DNA from: Nymphaea colorata
Taxonomy: Eukaryota
DNA length: 64,000 nt
NCBI RefSeq assembly: GCF_008831285.2
Contig: NC_045138.2
Span: forward strand, 18,476,001-18,540,000
Reading direction: 5' to 3'
Below the pieces are notes generated by a model. It was not told the origin of the DNA and made no database searches. It saw only the letters and a list, made by a program, of their open reading frames with translations. Shown piece after piece: positions 52,545 to 64,000 of the stretch; position 1 is the stretch's first letter; every line of letters starts with the position of its first letter. Position numbers and translations under genes: made by a program.

Positions 52545-55500
52545 ATGGCGGACGAGATTACAACAATCGTTATGGATAATGCTGCAGGTACCAGCCATGG
52601 TGGCAGTGGCGACGGTGGTGGTTCACGAAAGTGTATCTTCAAATGGCCTCAGGATCTTGTAAGTCGTCTAGGGGAGGACATCCCCCGTGAACCTCAGGTG
52701 GTAGCCATTGGGCCTTACCACCATCGCCAAGAAAACCTAATGAACAAGGAGTATTATAAGAGGAAAGCACTCTCCAGGGTGCTCCGCTTGTCTGGCGGAC
52801 TTGGAGAATCCAAGTTTGTGGTGGCCCTGAAAGAAGTGGAGCAGGAGCTCCGCGATCACTACGACGAGCTGGATGCTAAAATCTGGCCATCCGACTCTTT
52901 TGTTGTGATGATGCTTCTGGATGGCTGCTTTTTGCTCGACTTTCTTTTTAAATTGGACAAACTGGTGGACAAGCCCTTGACCGAGTCCCTACGCACGCAG
53001 CTGCTTTACACCCCTGCCTACGCCTTGCTTATTCGGGACATACACTTGCTAGAAAATCAAATTCCTGGACTCGTGTTGGAGGTGTTGATGAAGGTTGCAG
53101 GAGGCTCCCAAAATCCGTTAAGTGGTGGGAAACTGTCCTCTCAAGCCTTGCATTTGTTAAACTTGCAAAGGATGAGCCTCCTGGGTGAGAACCTCTTTCC
53201 CCGTCCTCCACGCTCCATTTCAGGTAATTAAATGCCTCCATATACTTCTTTTTATAGCTATTCAATGTTTTCCGGTCATCGGGCGCTCCACTCTTCCGGG
53301 TAGTTCCATGCCTCCATGCACGCTTCTGTAGCTATTCAATTCTGACCCTTAAAACTCTAGCAGCATAGCGGCGAAACTGGTTTTGGAGGCATTCCTATGT
53401 AAAACGAAATAGTTTTTATAAGGACAAAAAATATTATGAAAAGATTAAAAATTGAAAATATATATTTCTTTATAAAATTTGGAGAATATCTCAACCCCCA
53501 TTATTTAAAAAAAAAAGGAGAAAAAATAACAAAAGCCCATCAAGAATCGCATTTGAGACTGTGTACACTCCTGCATTTAGGCCTCATCAACAACCCTTTC
53601 AAGAAGAAAGAAAACCTCGAAACGGAGCATTAAGCGAAGGAGGTTTATGTGGTTGTGCATATTATCAAATTAATATGAGCTTTTCAATATTCCAACAATA
53701 ACATGATGTGGTTCGACCACTAATAAGGAAATTTATAGCGGCACAGCATAACCAAGTCTTTGTTTCTTAAATAAAATTGCAAACTTTCTTTCTTAAATGT
53801 CTCTTAGATAAGATTTATTGGTGTTAAGACTAACGGGCGACTTAAATGAAAAAGAAATTTTAATTTAAGGCTCTCTGCCAAGCCTTAAATGTTGATTTTT
53901 CTTTGCTTTTGTTGCTGTTGCTTTATTATATGCTTGTTGATTGAGATGATGGTTGCACAAGCTTGGTTTTTTATTATTACATATCAAGTGTTTGTTCAAA
54001 TTTTGTTTGACATTTACATGGAGGGAAAGTTTTCTGCACCTTTGAGTTGGCCTCTAACAATTTAAGGGCGTGTTTTGATATACCGTTTCAAAAAAGGTGT
54101 TTTTGTCAAATCCTAGTTTTGTAAAACCATTTTTTTAAAAGAGTTTTGAAAACCTGGTTTTAATATTTGGGTAGCATAACAAAAACCAGGTTTTTTCTAA
54201 AGTGAAAACCTGATTTTTGTTTGGATGACCAAAATTTGGTTTTTGGAGGTACCTTTGATAAAAAGACTTCCGCTGAATGGTAGCTACGAAAATGAGTACA
54301 GGCAATAAGGTTTAAGTTAATGAGTGGAAGTGAACTCAAAGAGGAATTTGCCAGGTTAGATTGACGATAGTAAACTTGACAAAGTTTTATGAGTCAAGTG
54401 TCTCCTGGCTTGAAATGCTTCAGTTAGTACTGCACTAATCTGAAAACAAATTACTGAGCTAATGTGAGCCAACTTGTTTAAACTGATAAACGAGCATAAA
54501 CTGGTAGTGTTTGTTCAAACATAGCTTGATTAGGATCATTAGACGAATGAGATATGTCAGTTCATGGGCAAAAAATCATACCCAAATTTCAAGATTCTTT
54601 TGTACTTTTCCAATCTCATTATCATTGAATGGCATACAACCACAAGCTCCAGCATTCAAGCTTGGCTTGTTGAACAGTTCATGAAACAAGCTATGTTCAT
54701 TATCAAATGAATTGGATTAATCTCATGATGAATGCGAGCTGAGTTGGAAAACTAATGAAATGAGCATGTCCTAACAATGTCCAGATTACCAAGTCACAGC
54801 ACTAATTGATGTAATGTACACTTCCTAAAAATGTGCCTGTCAATCACTTTAGCTTCAAAGAGGGCCTACGAAGTGAAGGTGGTATGATTCCACTGAAGTT
54901 GTAATCTGCCAGGTTCCTGCAACAAACACAACATATCCTTAAGAAGAACCAGGAGTCAGTAAGTTGAAGACTGCATCCTGAACCTCTGAATTCCCAGTCA
55001 CTTGCCGCCCCCCCTCCCCACACACACACTCCTACTCAGAGATAAAGAGAGAGAGACGATAAAATGAGAATTTATACCAAAATTTAAAAGCAAAAAGTCC
55101 CTAATTACAATAATGAGAGACAGTCATGTCACACTCTATCTACCTAGGAAAATTTAGTTCCAATAAATATGACTGCGTGGTGGAATTTAATTAATTCCCA
55201 CATTGTGGATCCTACTCACCTTGCCTACCAGGAAATGCTATGGAAAAACTTAGGGTGAAAATCTTTTATGTCCTTAAATCGGAAATCTCTTAGATAAAAA
55301 GTGATTTGTTTCTTACTAAATAACTTTTTATTTGCAGCCCGTGCTCGACGGGCAGTTGAGCATTTTTTCTGTCGTGCACCTGTATCTCTACACATTTTGC
55401 GTTCGTGGGGTTGTGACGTGACCAATGGGTGTTCTGCGCCACACCCCGGAGATGATAACGAGGGCGTCCAGCAAACAAACGTTCTCGAAGTTATAGCGCT

Positions 55501-56110
55501 TGAAGAGAACCTGCAGGGCGTCGCACTTGAGACGCTCTGGACTATCACTCGAAGCTACAAGCATCTGCGTTCTGCCAAGACGCTTCGCACATCCGGAGTG
55601 ACCTTTAAGAAGAGCAAACCCGAGACCGGCGTGTCGGGCGTGAGGTTTGATAAAGGAGTTCTCTACCTCCCTGAGCTCGTACTGAACCAAGCATCACAGG
55701 GAGTGTTCATGAACATGGTGGCCTTCGAGCGAATGCAACCACAGAACAGAGGCATCACCTCCTTCATGTCATTCATGGATTCTCTGATAGACACTGCCGA
55801 AGACGTACGCATTTTGGGAAAGGCAGGAATCGTGACCAATAAACTGGGCAGCGACGAGGAGGCTGCCAACATCTTCAACAAGCTCGGCGTCCTTCAGATG
55901 TGTAGTCCCTTTGATAAGGTCCTGGAGGAGGTGCAGAATTATGCATCCTTACCTCACCATGGGTGGTGGGGGCACTTCAAGGATACCTACTTAGCTAACC
56001 CGTGGACCATTCTCTCACTCACTGGCGCCCTCTACCTCTTATTGCTAGCCACCGTCCAAACAACATACACTGTCTTGTCCTATTACCACACTAATCGCTC
56101 AGGCAAGTAG
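52545..56110 (+). CDS. DUF247 / UPF0481 family protein, 483 aa; exons 52545-53223 and 55338-56110
   Basis: PQVVAIGPYHH, FVVMMLLDGCFLL, DIHLLENQIP in exon 1. SAKTLRTSGVTF, FDKGVLYLP, NMVAFE, TSFMSFMDSLIDTAEDVRIL, YLANPW and a C-terminal hydrophobic helix in exon 2. Donor CAG|gtaatt and acceptor tttgcag|CC join in phase 1. Spliced length 1452 nt. Confidence 0.92.
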
Positions 56111-59100
56111 AGAAAGGTTTGTTTGGCTATGTGCAACAGTCTCCAGTGTACAATCTCGCCAAGTAAGTTTGTTTGTTTAGCCCACATATGAAACAACTAA
56201 ATAATCAAGATTAAAAAAAACAAAAAAGAAGCCGTGGGTTGTAAGAGCTGGGCAATTTAGGCCAGACTGAGCGGGCCCGTAAAGGCCTGTGCTAGCCCTA
56301 CTTGCCAGCTTCGTATATCTCTTAATTTTGTTTAGCCGTTTTATTTTGCAGTTATAATTTTATATCCATAACGTTATAAATTGTGTACTGCTAGTTCTTG
56401 TGTATGGTGTTTGCTTATGTTTTGATTTGGTGCAGCAATTCGAAGAACAAATTGGTTATAGACCTGCCCGCCTTCACTTTCGTCCACTCGTCTCTCTTTT
56501 CTTATTTTTTTTTATTTTTTTTTTTGCACGTGATAAAAGACTACCTCAAGTGAAATTCCTCTATAGCACCCATTAAATCACCTAGGAGAAAAAAACAATT
56601 AAAATTCTCAATCACCTATCAAAGAAAGAGATTTAAATTGGTTTCCACACAAACCGTTGAGTCATGAATGAACTTCGGAAGTAGAACGGACACTGGCCTT
56701 CACAATTTTATCACTTCCCAGTTAATAATAATGACAATGATAAAGCCAAAATTGACGATCAAAATTTATTCAAAATGAAATATAATAATACCTCCAAGAA
56801 ACCGTGTACATGAAGACATGGACTGAAGAAAAAACAAATCAATTAATGAAATACTCAAGAAAAAATGTGCACTATGTTTTAAAAAAAATATACTTCAATC
56901 GAAGAACAAAAGATAACCTACAAAGACTCCTGAAGTATGGTGACGAATGTCAGATGGTTAGAAAAGGGAAAGGAGTGACTCCTTATGTAAGGAGATGAAG
57001 AAGTCAACGAGACCATTTCCATTTGAAACCTGATTTCTCTTGTGGGTGACATGCATGCAGCTTCCAAAATGAAGCCGTCGATTCATCGTGCATGAACAAA
57101 GGGATTTCCTCATAGCTGAACAAGGCAACAAAAAACGAGCAGGCATTGGCATGAAATAATCGGTAACAGGGAAGAAAAAGAGAACTTCATGAAAAGCATT
57201 AGCGCAGACCTAGCATCCTTACCCTCTTCATTAGCTCCAGGAGCTCCACAGCCCATGCACACTGCCTCAGCCTCTATCATCATATTCAATATAGACTTAT
57301 TGGAAGGTTGAAGACGAAACAAAGTTTGTCATGTTGGAGGACGAACAGCACATAGCAGTGGAGGAGAAGTCGGAAAAAAATGTGAAGAGAACACCGTCGG
57401 AGAAGACGAAACTCCCGTAACTCTTGAAGAAGAGGAGATCATGAATGCCACCAGCGAACGTGAAACACCGAGCGGTTACGGCGGAATTTTTTTGTAGAGA
57501 GGATGAAAGGCCGCAATATTTTACCATAAAAAATTTCATCCTTCGTCCATAAAATTTAAAACAAAATATTCGAAGCCCTCTTTCGCGCACATTTGAAGTT
57601 GCCGTGGCCGTCTCCCCTTCTTCCTGTACTCAGCTAACTAATTTTCCATTTTTCTGAAAAACACATCTGCAGCAAATACCCTCTATCCCTTTTATTAAGA
57701 AGCACTTTACAAAAACGGGATATGTACAAAAAAGCACTTTACAAAGAACAAAATGACAAAAGAGAGATGCTCATTAGGCTCAGAACTAAATCTGTATAGA
57801 AACAACAAAAAAAGGGTGAGGCTCGATCGCCTCTACATAAAAGATCTAAATCCCTGGAAAATTCACACCTAAGATCTTTATTTTATTTGTGTGCATTGAG
57901 AAAAATCAGATTTATGACCCGAGGAGGAGGGTTTGATGAAAATGCCGTTTCAAAAACGCATATTATACGCCAAAAACCCCTCTGTTAGTACAAAACGGCA
58001 ATAAAATGTGTTTTTTTAAAAAAAATCAAAAAATAAAAAACTCGTATAATACCCATATTATACCCGTATTAAACATTTTTTTCCTATTTTTTGCCGTTTT
58101 TCCCCCTTTTTTGCCATTTTTTATTAATTTTTCATTTTTTATAATTTTTAAGATATATTAAATGTTTAAAATTTTTTAAAAATATGCCAAACTTTTTTCA
58201 TTTTATTCCTGAGATATAAAACTTTACCGTAACCAAGGTACGAAAAAAGCCAATGCTGATATACGGATGCAAATATTTGAGTTAGACTCGTTTGAATGGG
58301 AGAATGGGAGAGAACAAAACATGATTATTATAAGGAAACCATGTTTTGCACATCATGCCTACCTTTTCCTTGGATTGGATGCCAAGATATGGTTTTCCAC
58401 AAAAATAAATAACTAAGAGTTAATAGAAAAATGTATGTAACAACTATGCACAGGCCACTTATAATTGGCTGGAAAATGGTTGAGTTCTTAACAACAAGCG
58501 GCTATTCAATTTTCAGCCAATTATGATTGAAAATTTTGATTAAATGAGGAAACAAAAATCTGTACTATATTCAAATCAAAATTCTTAATTTATAATTTGA
58601 ATCCCGTTTGAATTCAATTTCAGATTAAAGTCTGAATCTGATTTTTAAATTAATCCAAAGCACTTTACAGAAGTGTGATATTTATTTAAAACCATGTCTA
58701 ATCCAAGCTGAATCTAAATTCAACTTAATATTCACTTTAAAAAATAAAAAATTATCATGAAAATCTGGTGACATTCGGAAAATCTCAACAAAAATGAATT
58801 TCTCACAATTAGTTTGTGATGTTTTGATAATTTTTTCTTTTTTTATTAATTTTTACGTTTTTTTAACTTGTCAACATATTTGTTGAAATTTTTTCTAGAA
58901 AATCAAATATCATAAAATACCCGAAAAAAACCTTGCTGATATTTTCATGATAACAATACTTGTGACAATGGTTTAAAAATTTTAGACCACTTTAATCAGA
59001 AAATCACACTCTAACCTTATCTATCTCCTTCTCTCTCCGTGCTAGAGTTCAAAAGTCAGTCTCTCCAATAAATTGGAAGTTCCAAAGGAGCAAGAAAATT

Positions 59101-59764
59101 CCGGTGGTATACAATTGGAAGATCTCAGTCTATATAATAATGGTGTGTTCACATTATTATTATATGATTTTATTAATAGTTGAAATGGTGAATTTCCTAA
59201 TTTTGTACAGCCCTTTCATTTTTGTAGGTTTTGACTTTGTGCACCAATCTTAAAACGATTTTATTAATAGTTAAAATGGTGAATTTCCTAATTTTGTTCA
59301 GACCTTCCATTTTTCTAGGTTTTTACTTGGTAAACCAATTTTAAAAACAAAGTGGTAATTCACTCTGAATTTTAAATTCTCGTATTAGTAAGCAGAAGAC
59401 AGTTTTAAATTTGTTAAAAAAAATGACGATGGCAGTATGGATTTTGTGGTGTGGACTTGTCTTTTAGAAATTAATCTGTAAAGGGAGCAATTTTGGTTTG
59501 AATTTGATATACGACTCCATAACCGATCCATATCTGGGTCTGAAATTCTAGTAAAGAACCAATCCAAATACATACAGACGACTCGGTTCTTAAGCTGAAT
59601 TTCATCTTAGGAAATAAAATTCAGATTTGTGACTGAATTTGAGTCTGACTACGGCGAAGTCAAATTTAGGAAAGGGTAGATCCAAGTCTGAATCGGAACC
59701 CCCATTACATCTTTAAATAAAGCTAAAAGCCCTGTTCATTTAATCGTGTGAACGCTCCATTTTT

Positions 59765-60190
59765 ATGTGTCTGCTTGCTGGAATCGTGTTTGGTGTTTGT
59801 GGCTCATTTCAGCTTGGTTGCACATTTGGAAGGAGTGCAACAACAGGATTTTCAGGAGCACCATCTCTTCGTCAGATTCGGTGGCTTGTCTTGTGTGGTG
59901 GGATGTCCATTTTGCTGTTCGGTTGAAACGTCGTTGTCCGTCTGCGGCTGAGTAACTATTCCGTTCCGTCTTTCCTCTCTATTCACATCTCTCTTGTTTC
60001 ACTGTGCATTGTATTGTATATTTCGTCTTTTACTTTTGTTTTTGCGGTTTGTTTTTGTATATAGGAGACTTCTTGTCCCCAAATTCTGTTATATATTCTC
60101 ATTTTATCAGCTCTCTCTTTCTCTTTCTACTAGAAAAGGTAAATGTTTGTTCCATCTATCTCATTAACTGCAATTATTTTTCAAAAAGTT
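59765..60190 (+). mobile_element. 5'-truncated LINE (L1-like) 3' end
   Basis: WLHIWKECNNRIFR matches the WxIWKERNxRIF motif at the C-terminus of plant L1 ORF2, followed by a T-rich 3' UTR. The 3' boundary is approximate. Confidence 0.7.
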
Positions 60191-61608
60191 AGCATCACAC
60201 TTGTTAGACAAAAAATAAAATCATAATTGGTCACAAACTTCTCTCAGAAATTGTTTTCAAGCTTCTCGCATTAGTTAGTAGAAGGCAATTTTAGAATTGG
60301 TAAAAAAAAAGGGAGAGAGAATAACGGAATAGATTTGTGGTATGGACGTGTTTTGAAAAATTAATCTCTAAAGGGAGCAGTTTTGCTTTGTTGCTCACAC
60401 TTTCTCTCGTAAGGGGGAACGTACCTTGTAATAAAGGTCGGAATGTAAATGAGTTGGATATATCCAATTATTGGTCCGATTTTGACCCTTCTAGTGAAAC
60501 CTGGTAAAAAATATCCAGATTGGGGAACAAGTCATCTTTGAATTTGATATACAACTTTCTAACCGATCCAAGTACATAGAAACGAGTTGAGATTGAATTT
60601 GAGTCTGACCATTTCGAGTGACAGTTCATCTGAAGTTATCTAAACGTAAGAACTTATTGAAAATAATAAAATATTATTCAGACGGTTCTCACTATCCATG
60701 CCTAAATACATGAGGCTTATAAGTCACTGGACAGGTCGCGGATCCGAAATTTGAGACAAAGGTTGCTAATGGAATCTGATCCACTCGTTCAGGTGGGAGG
60801 TTTTTCCAAATCTTTAGGCATCCCGTGTTTGATCCGAGCACGATTTTATGTCCCAAGTCGATTCATTTTCACTCTTCGGATCCATGCCCGGTGGATCGAG
60901 TTTCCAGGGTCAAAGCACAACCAACGATTTTGGGCTTCTTGCTCCTATAGCGGTAACAGTCTGTTATGGGTGTCAAACGGTCCCTTTGAGAACAACCGCA
61001 GGGTTTTAAGTCTCATTTTTCAACCTTTGAGCTGGCTGGTGACTCTGCTGTTGTCAAGACGTCTTAGCATCTGAACGTTAACGTTACTGATGGATTCAAT
61101 CAGCATTTTGTTTTTTATTTGTGCGTTTTGTAAAGATGTTAATATATCTTACTTGGATCGGATATCCAACATATCTGATTAAAAAATCAGATCAAATTCA
61201 GATTTAACAAATGACATCCAATCACATTCGGAGTCAACATACATAAATATCAGATTCAGTACCGAGAAATTTTCTGCTGGTGTTAACGTATAAGAACCAT
61301 TACTCCCTCCAAAAAAAAATCGTAAACTCTTCAAATTTTTTGGTAAGAAGGTGAAAGGTCTAATATATAAATAAGTAAAAGACTATACGGAATGAATATG
61401 TATGTAAGCAAATTGCATGGGTTCGCGTGGATCATTGGAATACGAGTTTTTACTGTCACTCAATTTTGAATACTTCTATCTTCCATACTTGGGCATCATA
61501 ATGCTGGATACTTAATATCAGATAGTTTTTAGCTGGAACAAAAGTTAGTTCCACACTTCCACCTTTCATATACCATTTCAGCACCCACCAGCCACTGGAG
61601 CAGACATC

Positions 61609-63180
61609 ATGAATGATTACAACGAATACGTTTCTCAAGGAACTAGAGGTGGTGGGCAGTCGGTCAAGTGCATCTTCAAATGGCCACATGATCTTGTGAA
61701 ATTTTTGGGGGAAGGCATCCATCGTGAACCTCAGATGGTAGCTATTGGGCCTTACCACCACGGCTGAGAGCACCTGCAGCCCATGGATGATCATGCGCTC
61801 TTCAGGTTGCTCACCATGAGCCCCGGACTTGAAGTTGGCAGAAGCCCTGAAACAACGAGAGCAGGAGCTCCGCGATCACTATGACGAGTTGGACACGAGA
61901 AACTGGCCATCGGATTCTTTCATAAAGATGATGCTTCTCGATGGCTGCTTCCTGCTTGACTTCATTTGTGAATTGGACATATTGTGGAAACCGCCCTTGG
62001 ATCAGTCCATCTACACCTATAGCCACGCTGTACTCACTTGGATATATTATACTTGCTGGAAAATCAAATTCCTAGCCTCGTCTTGGATGTGTTGATTGAT
62101 GTATTATCACGCTCATCTAAGAGGCCGACATTTTATGAGGCTTTATTTGCTGGGTCGTAAGGCATTTACTGACAAGTCATGGGATAAAGGGGGAGGAGGG
62201 AAGGAGGGTTGGCCTAGGCCATGGTCCCACCCCAACCAATGAAATTTTTCTTTTTTATATTGAAAAAAATAATATTTTTTAATTGGGTAATGTATTTTTT
62301 GTAATAGAATACAGTTTGGCCATACTCAGATTTAGAAGTCGGATTGTCAGCCCTCTCCTGAAGAAAATCCTGGCTTCGCCCCTGATGGGATAGCCCCTGA
62401 CTCTGCCCCTGATGGGATAGCCCCTCAAATGTTCCACGAAATTAAATCTTGATGTACACTTGGCCAGCTCTTATTAAATCGTGTGTGACCCTTTATATAG
62501 GTACAAAAAAAAATATTAAATTTGAGAATATAGAATTAAAAAAATTTTAAAAAACTGGAGTGTGTAACTTGCACCAATTCACTGTGAGTGCACTTGCAGC
62601 ACAGTTACACTGTTTATATATATATATATCTATATATATCTCCTAATAAGTGTGGGCATAGTTAATTTGTTATACTCGCTTTTCATAAGTTAAAGGCTGG
62701 AATAGGCTCTTAATTGTTCAGAAGAATCATGGTTTGAAGGCCGCATAGTCACATAAAACACAATTTTTTTAAGAACGTGATAAATTAAATGGCTTTTTAA
62801 AATTTTAAAATGTGTTTTTTTTTAATATTAATAACGAAAAAACTGCATTTTTAACAAAATGATGGGTGGTGTCATCGACATTCCTCAACCAATGCAACCT
62901 GGCTACAGTGAGTGCTGATTGCCTCGACTCGTGAGAGCACGGTGCGCTACCATTACCTACCAGGAAACCCAACCCGTAACCCCGTGCTGCTCCACTTCAA
63001 CACCGTAAGCAAAACGACGGCGTTTCCTTTTTTAAAGAAAGATATCACTGACACGAGCCGAGACGTATGGAGATGTTATAGCGCGTGAAGAGGAGAAGCT
63101 GCAGGATGGTTTGGACCATCCATCGAAGGGACAAGTATCTGAGGTCTGCCAAGAGGCTTCGCGCATCGGAGCGACCTTGA
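61609..63180 (+). pseudogene. DUF247 pseudogene (exon-1 relic 61609-~62095; exon-2 relic ~63070-63180)
   Basis: MNDY...KCIFKWPHDLV...REPQMVAIGPYHHG* (TGA 61765-61767), then other frames give EQELRDHYDELD...FIKMMLLDGCFLLDF and LLENQIP. 63070-63180 aligns to ~55490-55606 of the intact gene. Confidence 0.88.
62187..62384. mobile_element. hAT-type MITE with perfect 8-bp TSD, inside the DUF247 pseudogene
   Basis: ATGGGATA at 62179-62186 and 62385-62392. Right end ttcgcccctg. Interior shared with 23950-24136 and 15194-15357. Confidence 0.85.
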
Positions 63181-63433
63181 GGCCACGTTTGATTGTAAAC
63201 TAATCATGAACGTAATTTTTTTTTTCTCGTTTCAGGTCATGTTTGATGGCCTGGAATATTTTTTCCAGCGTAAAAAATCATTAGTTTGATAAAGAGGAAA
63301 TTTTTTTCATAGAAAAAATTATTGACCGTTACAACACACTGACAAATTCAATCCATTATGAAAGAAATCGATCTTTTCTTCGACCATGGCAACGGTTTGG
63401 TTAAGGATTTTAGGGACAAAAGCATCATTTTCA

Positions 63434-63800
63434 CTAATTCAGAGTGCTCGATTCCCATACCAAAGCGTTGTCAAGATCGTAAAAGATCCCAACCTTCCTG
63501 CAATTAACGTAGCACGAATCCAAGCAACGCGAATCCGCGAGATGACTCTTGATAATGGGAAATGCCAGACAGATGCCGACCAACTGCATCCTGCTGAACC
63601 CCAACTCGATAATGGCGTCCAGTCGGCAGTGGAGGAGCGATCCATCGATGTCGAAGATCGAAGCGTCATGACTGTAGAGCAAGCAGAGCTTGGTCCATGA
63701 GAAGCCGTAGTTGGAGAGCGCAGAGATGGAGCTCAGCAACTTGGGGTTATCGCAGAGGAAGAGACGATCGGCGGGAAAAGGGGGGTTGTCATGGGGGAGA
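63434..63800 (-). pseudogene. mTERF family (MTEF18-like) gene fragment
   Basis: PADRLFLCDNPKLLSSISALSNYGFSWTKLCLLY...IF...RL...LGFSRMQLVGICLAFP...CRKVGIFYDL resembles plant MTEF18-like proteins as I recall them (ALSxFGFPWxKLGxLY, GICLAFP, CRKIRVFYDLG). It is truncated and apparently internally deleted. The rest of the gene is not visible. Confidence 0.65.
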
Positions 63801-64000
63801 ACGAGAAATGAAAAATCATGGTGAGAAGAGAAGAAAAGCTCAGGGAGAGAGGAAGAGGAAGAGAAAGGGAGGATGAAGAAGAGAGGATAACAAGGAATGA
63901 CAGGGAAGCGGGTAGCAGGGGAGGAAAAGCTCACAATGTGGTAGGGGCGAGCGAGAAGAAGCCCTAACGGGCTTCCTCTTTCTGCGAGGGTAAATTTTCC

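Noticed and set aside
56800..57590. Short ORFs downstream of DUF247 as a candidate small secreted partner
   Set aside because: No clear signal peptide plus conserved Cys pattern, and no recognisable family.

Overview
Plant (angiosperm) nuclear DNA, AT-rich and rich in repeats and MITEs; the species cannot be determined from the sequence alone. Five apparently intact genes are supported: (1) an LRR-extensin (LRX/PEX-like) gene with a short proline-rich tail, 4425-5693 (-); (2) a 4-exon LIFEGUARD/BI1-like (TMBIM) gene, 21069-22231 (-); (3) a second LRX-type LRR gene with no extensin tail, 29545-30603 (-); (4) a single-ORF CC-NBS-LRR gene, 34447-38190 (+), ending in four copies of a 48-aa LRR doublet; (5) a 2-exon DUF247/UPF0481 gene, 52545-56110 (+). 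Decayed material includes two further DUF247 relics, seven RING-H2 zinc-finger fragments (four in tandem, one of them keeping all eight metal ligands, and three on a dispersed ~0.9-kb duplicated segment), an mTERF (MTEF18-like) fragment, Copia and LINE remnants, several hAT-type MITEs with target-site duplications, and local segmental duplications. I see no unambiguous new system. The best leads are the RING-H2 fragment family, the extensin-less LRX paralog, the periodic hypervariable NLR tail and the birth-and-death DUF247 cluster. All family calls come from motif recognition by eye, not from database searches.
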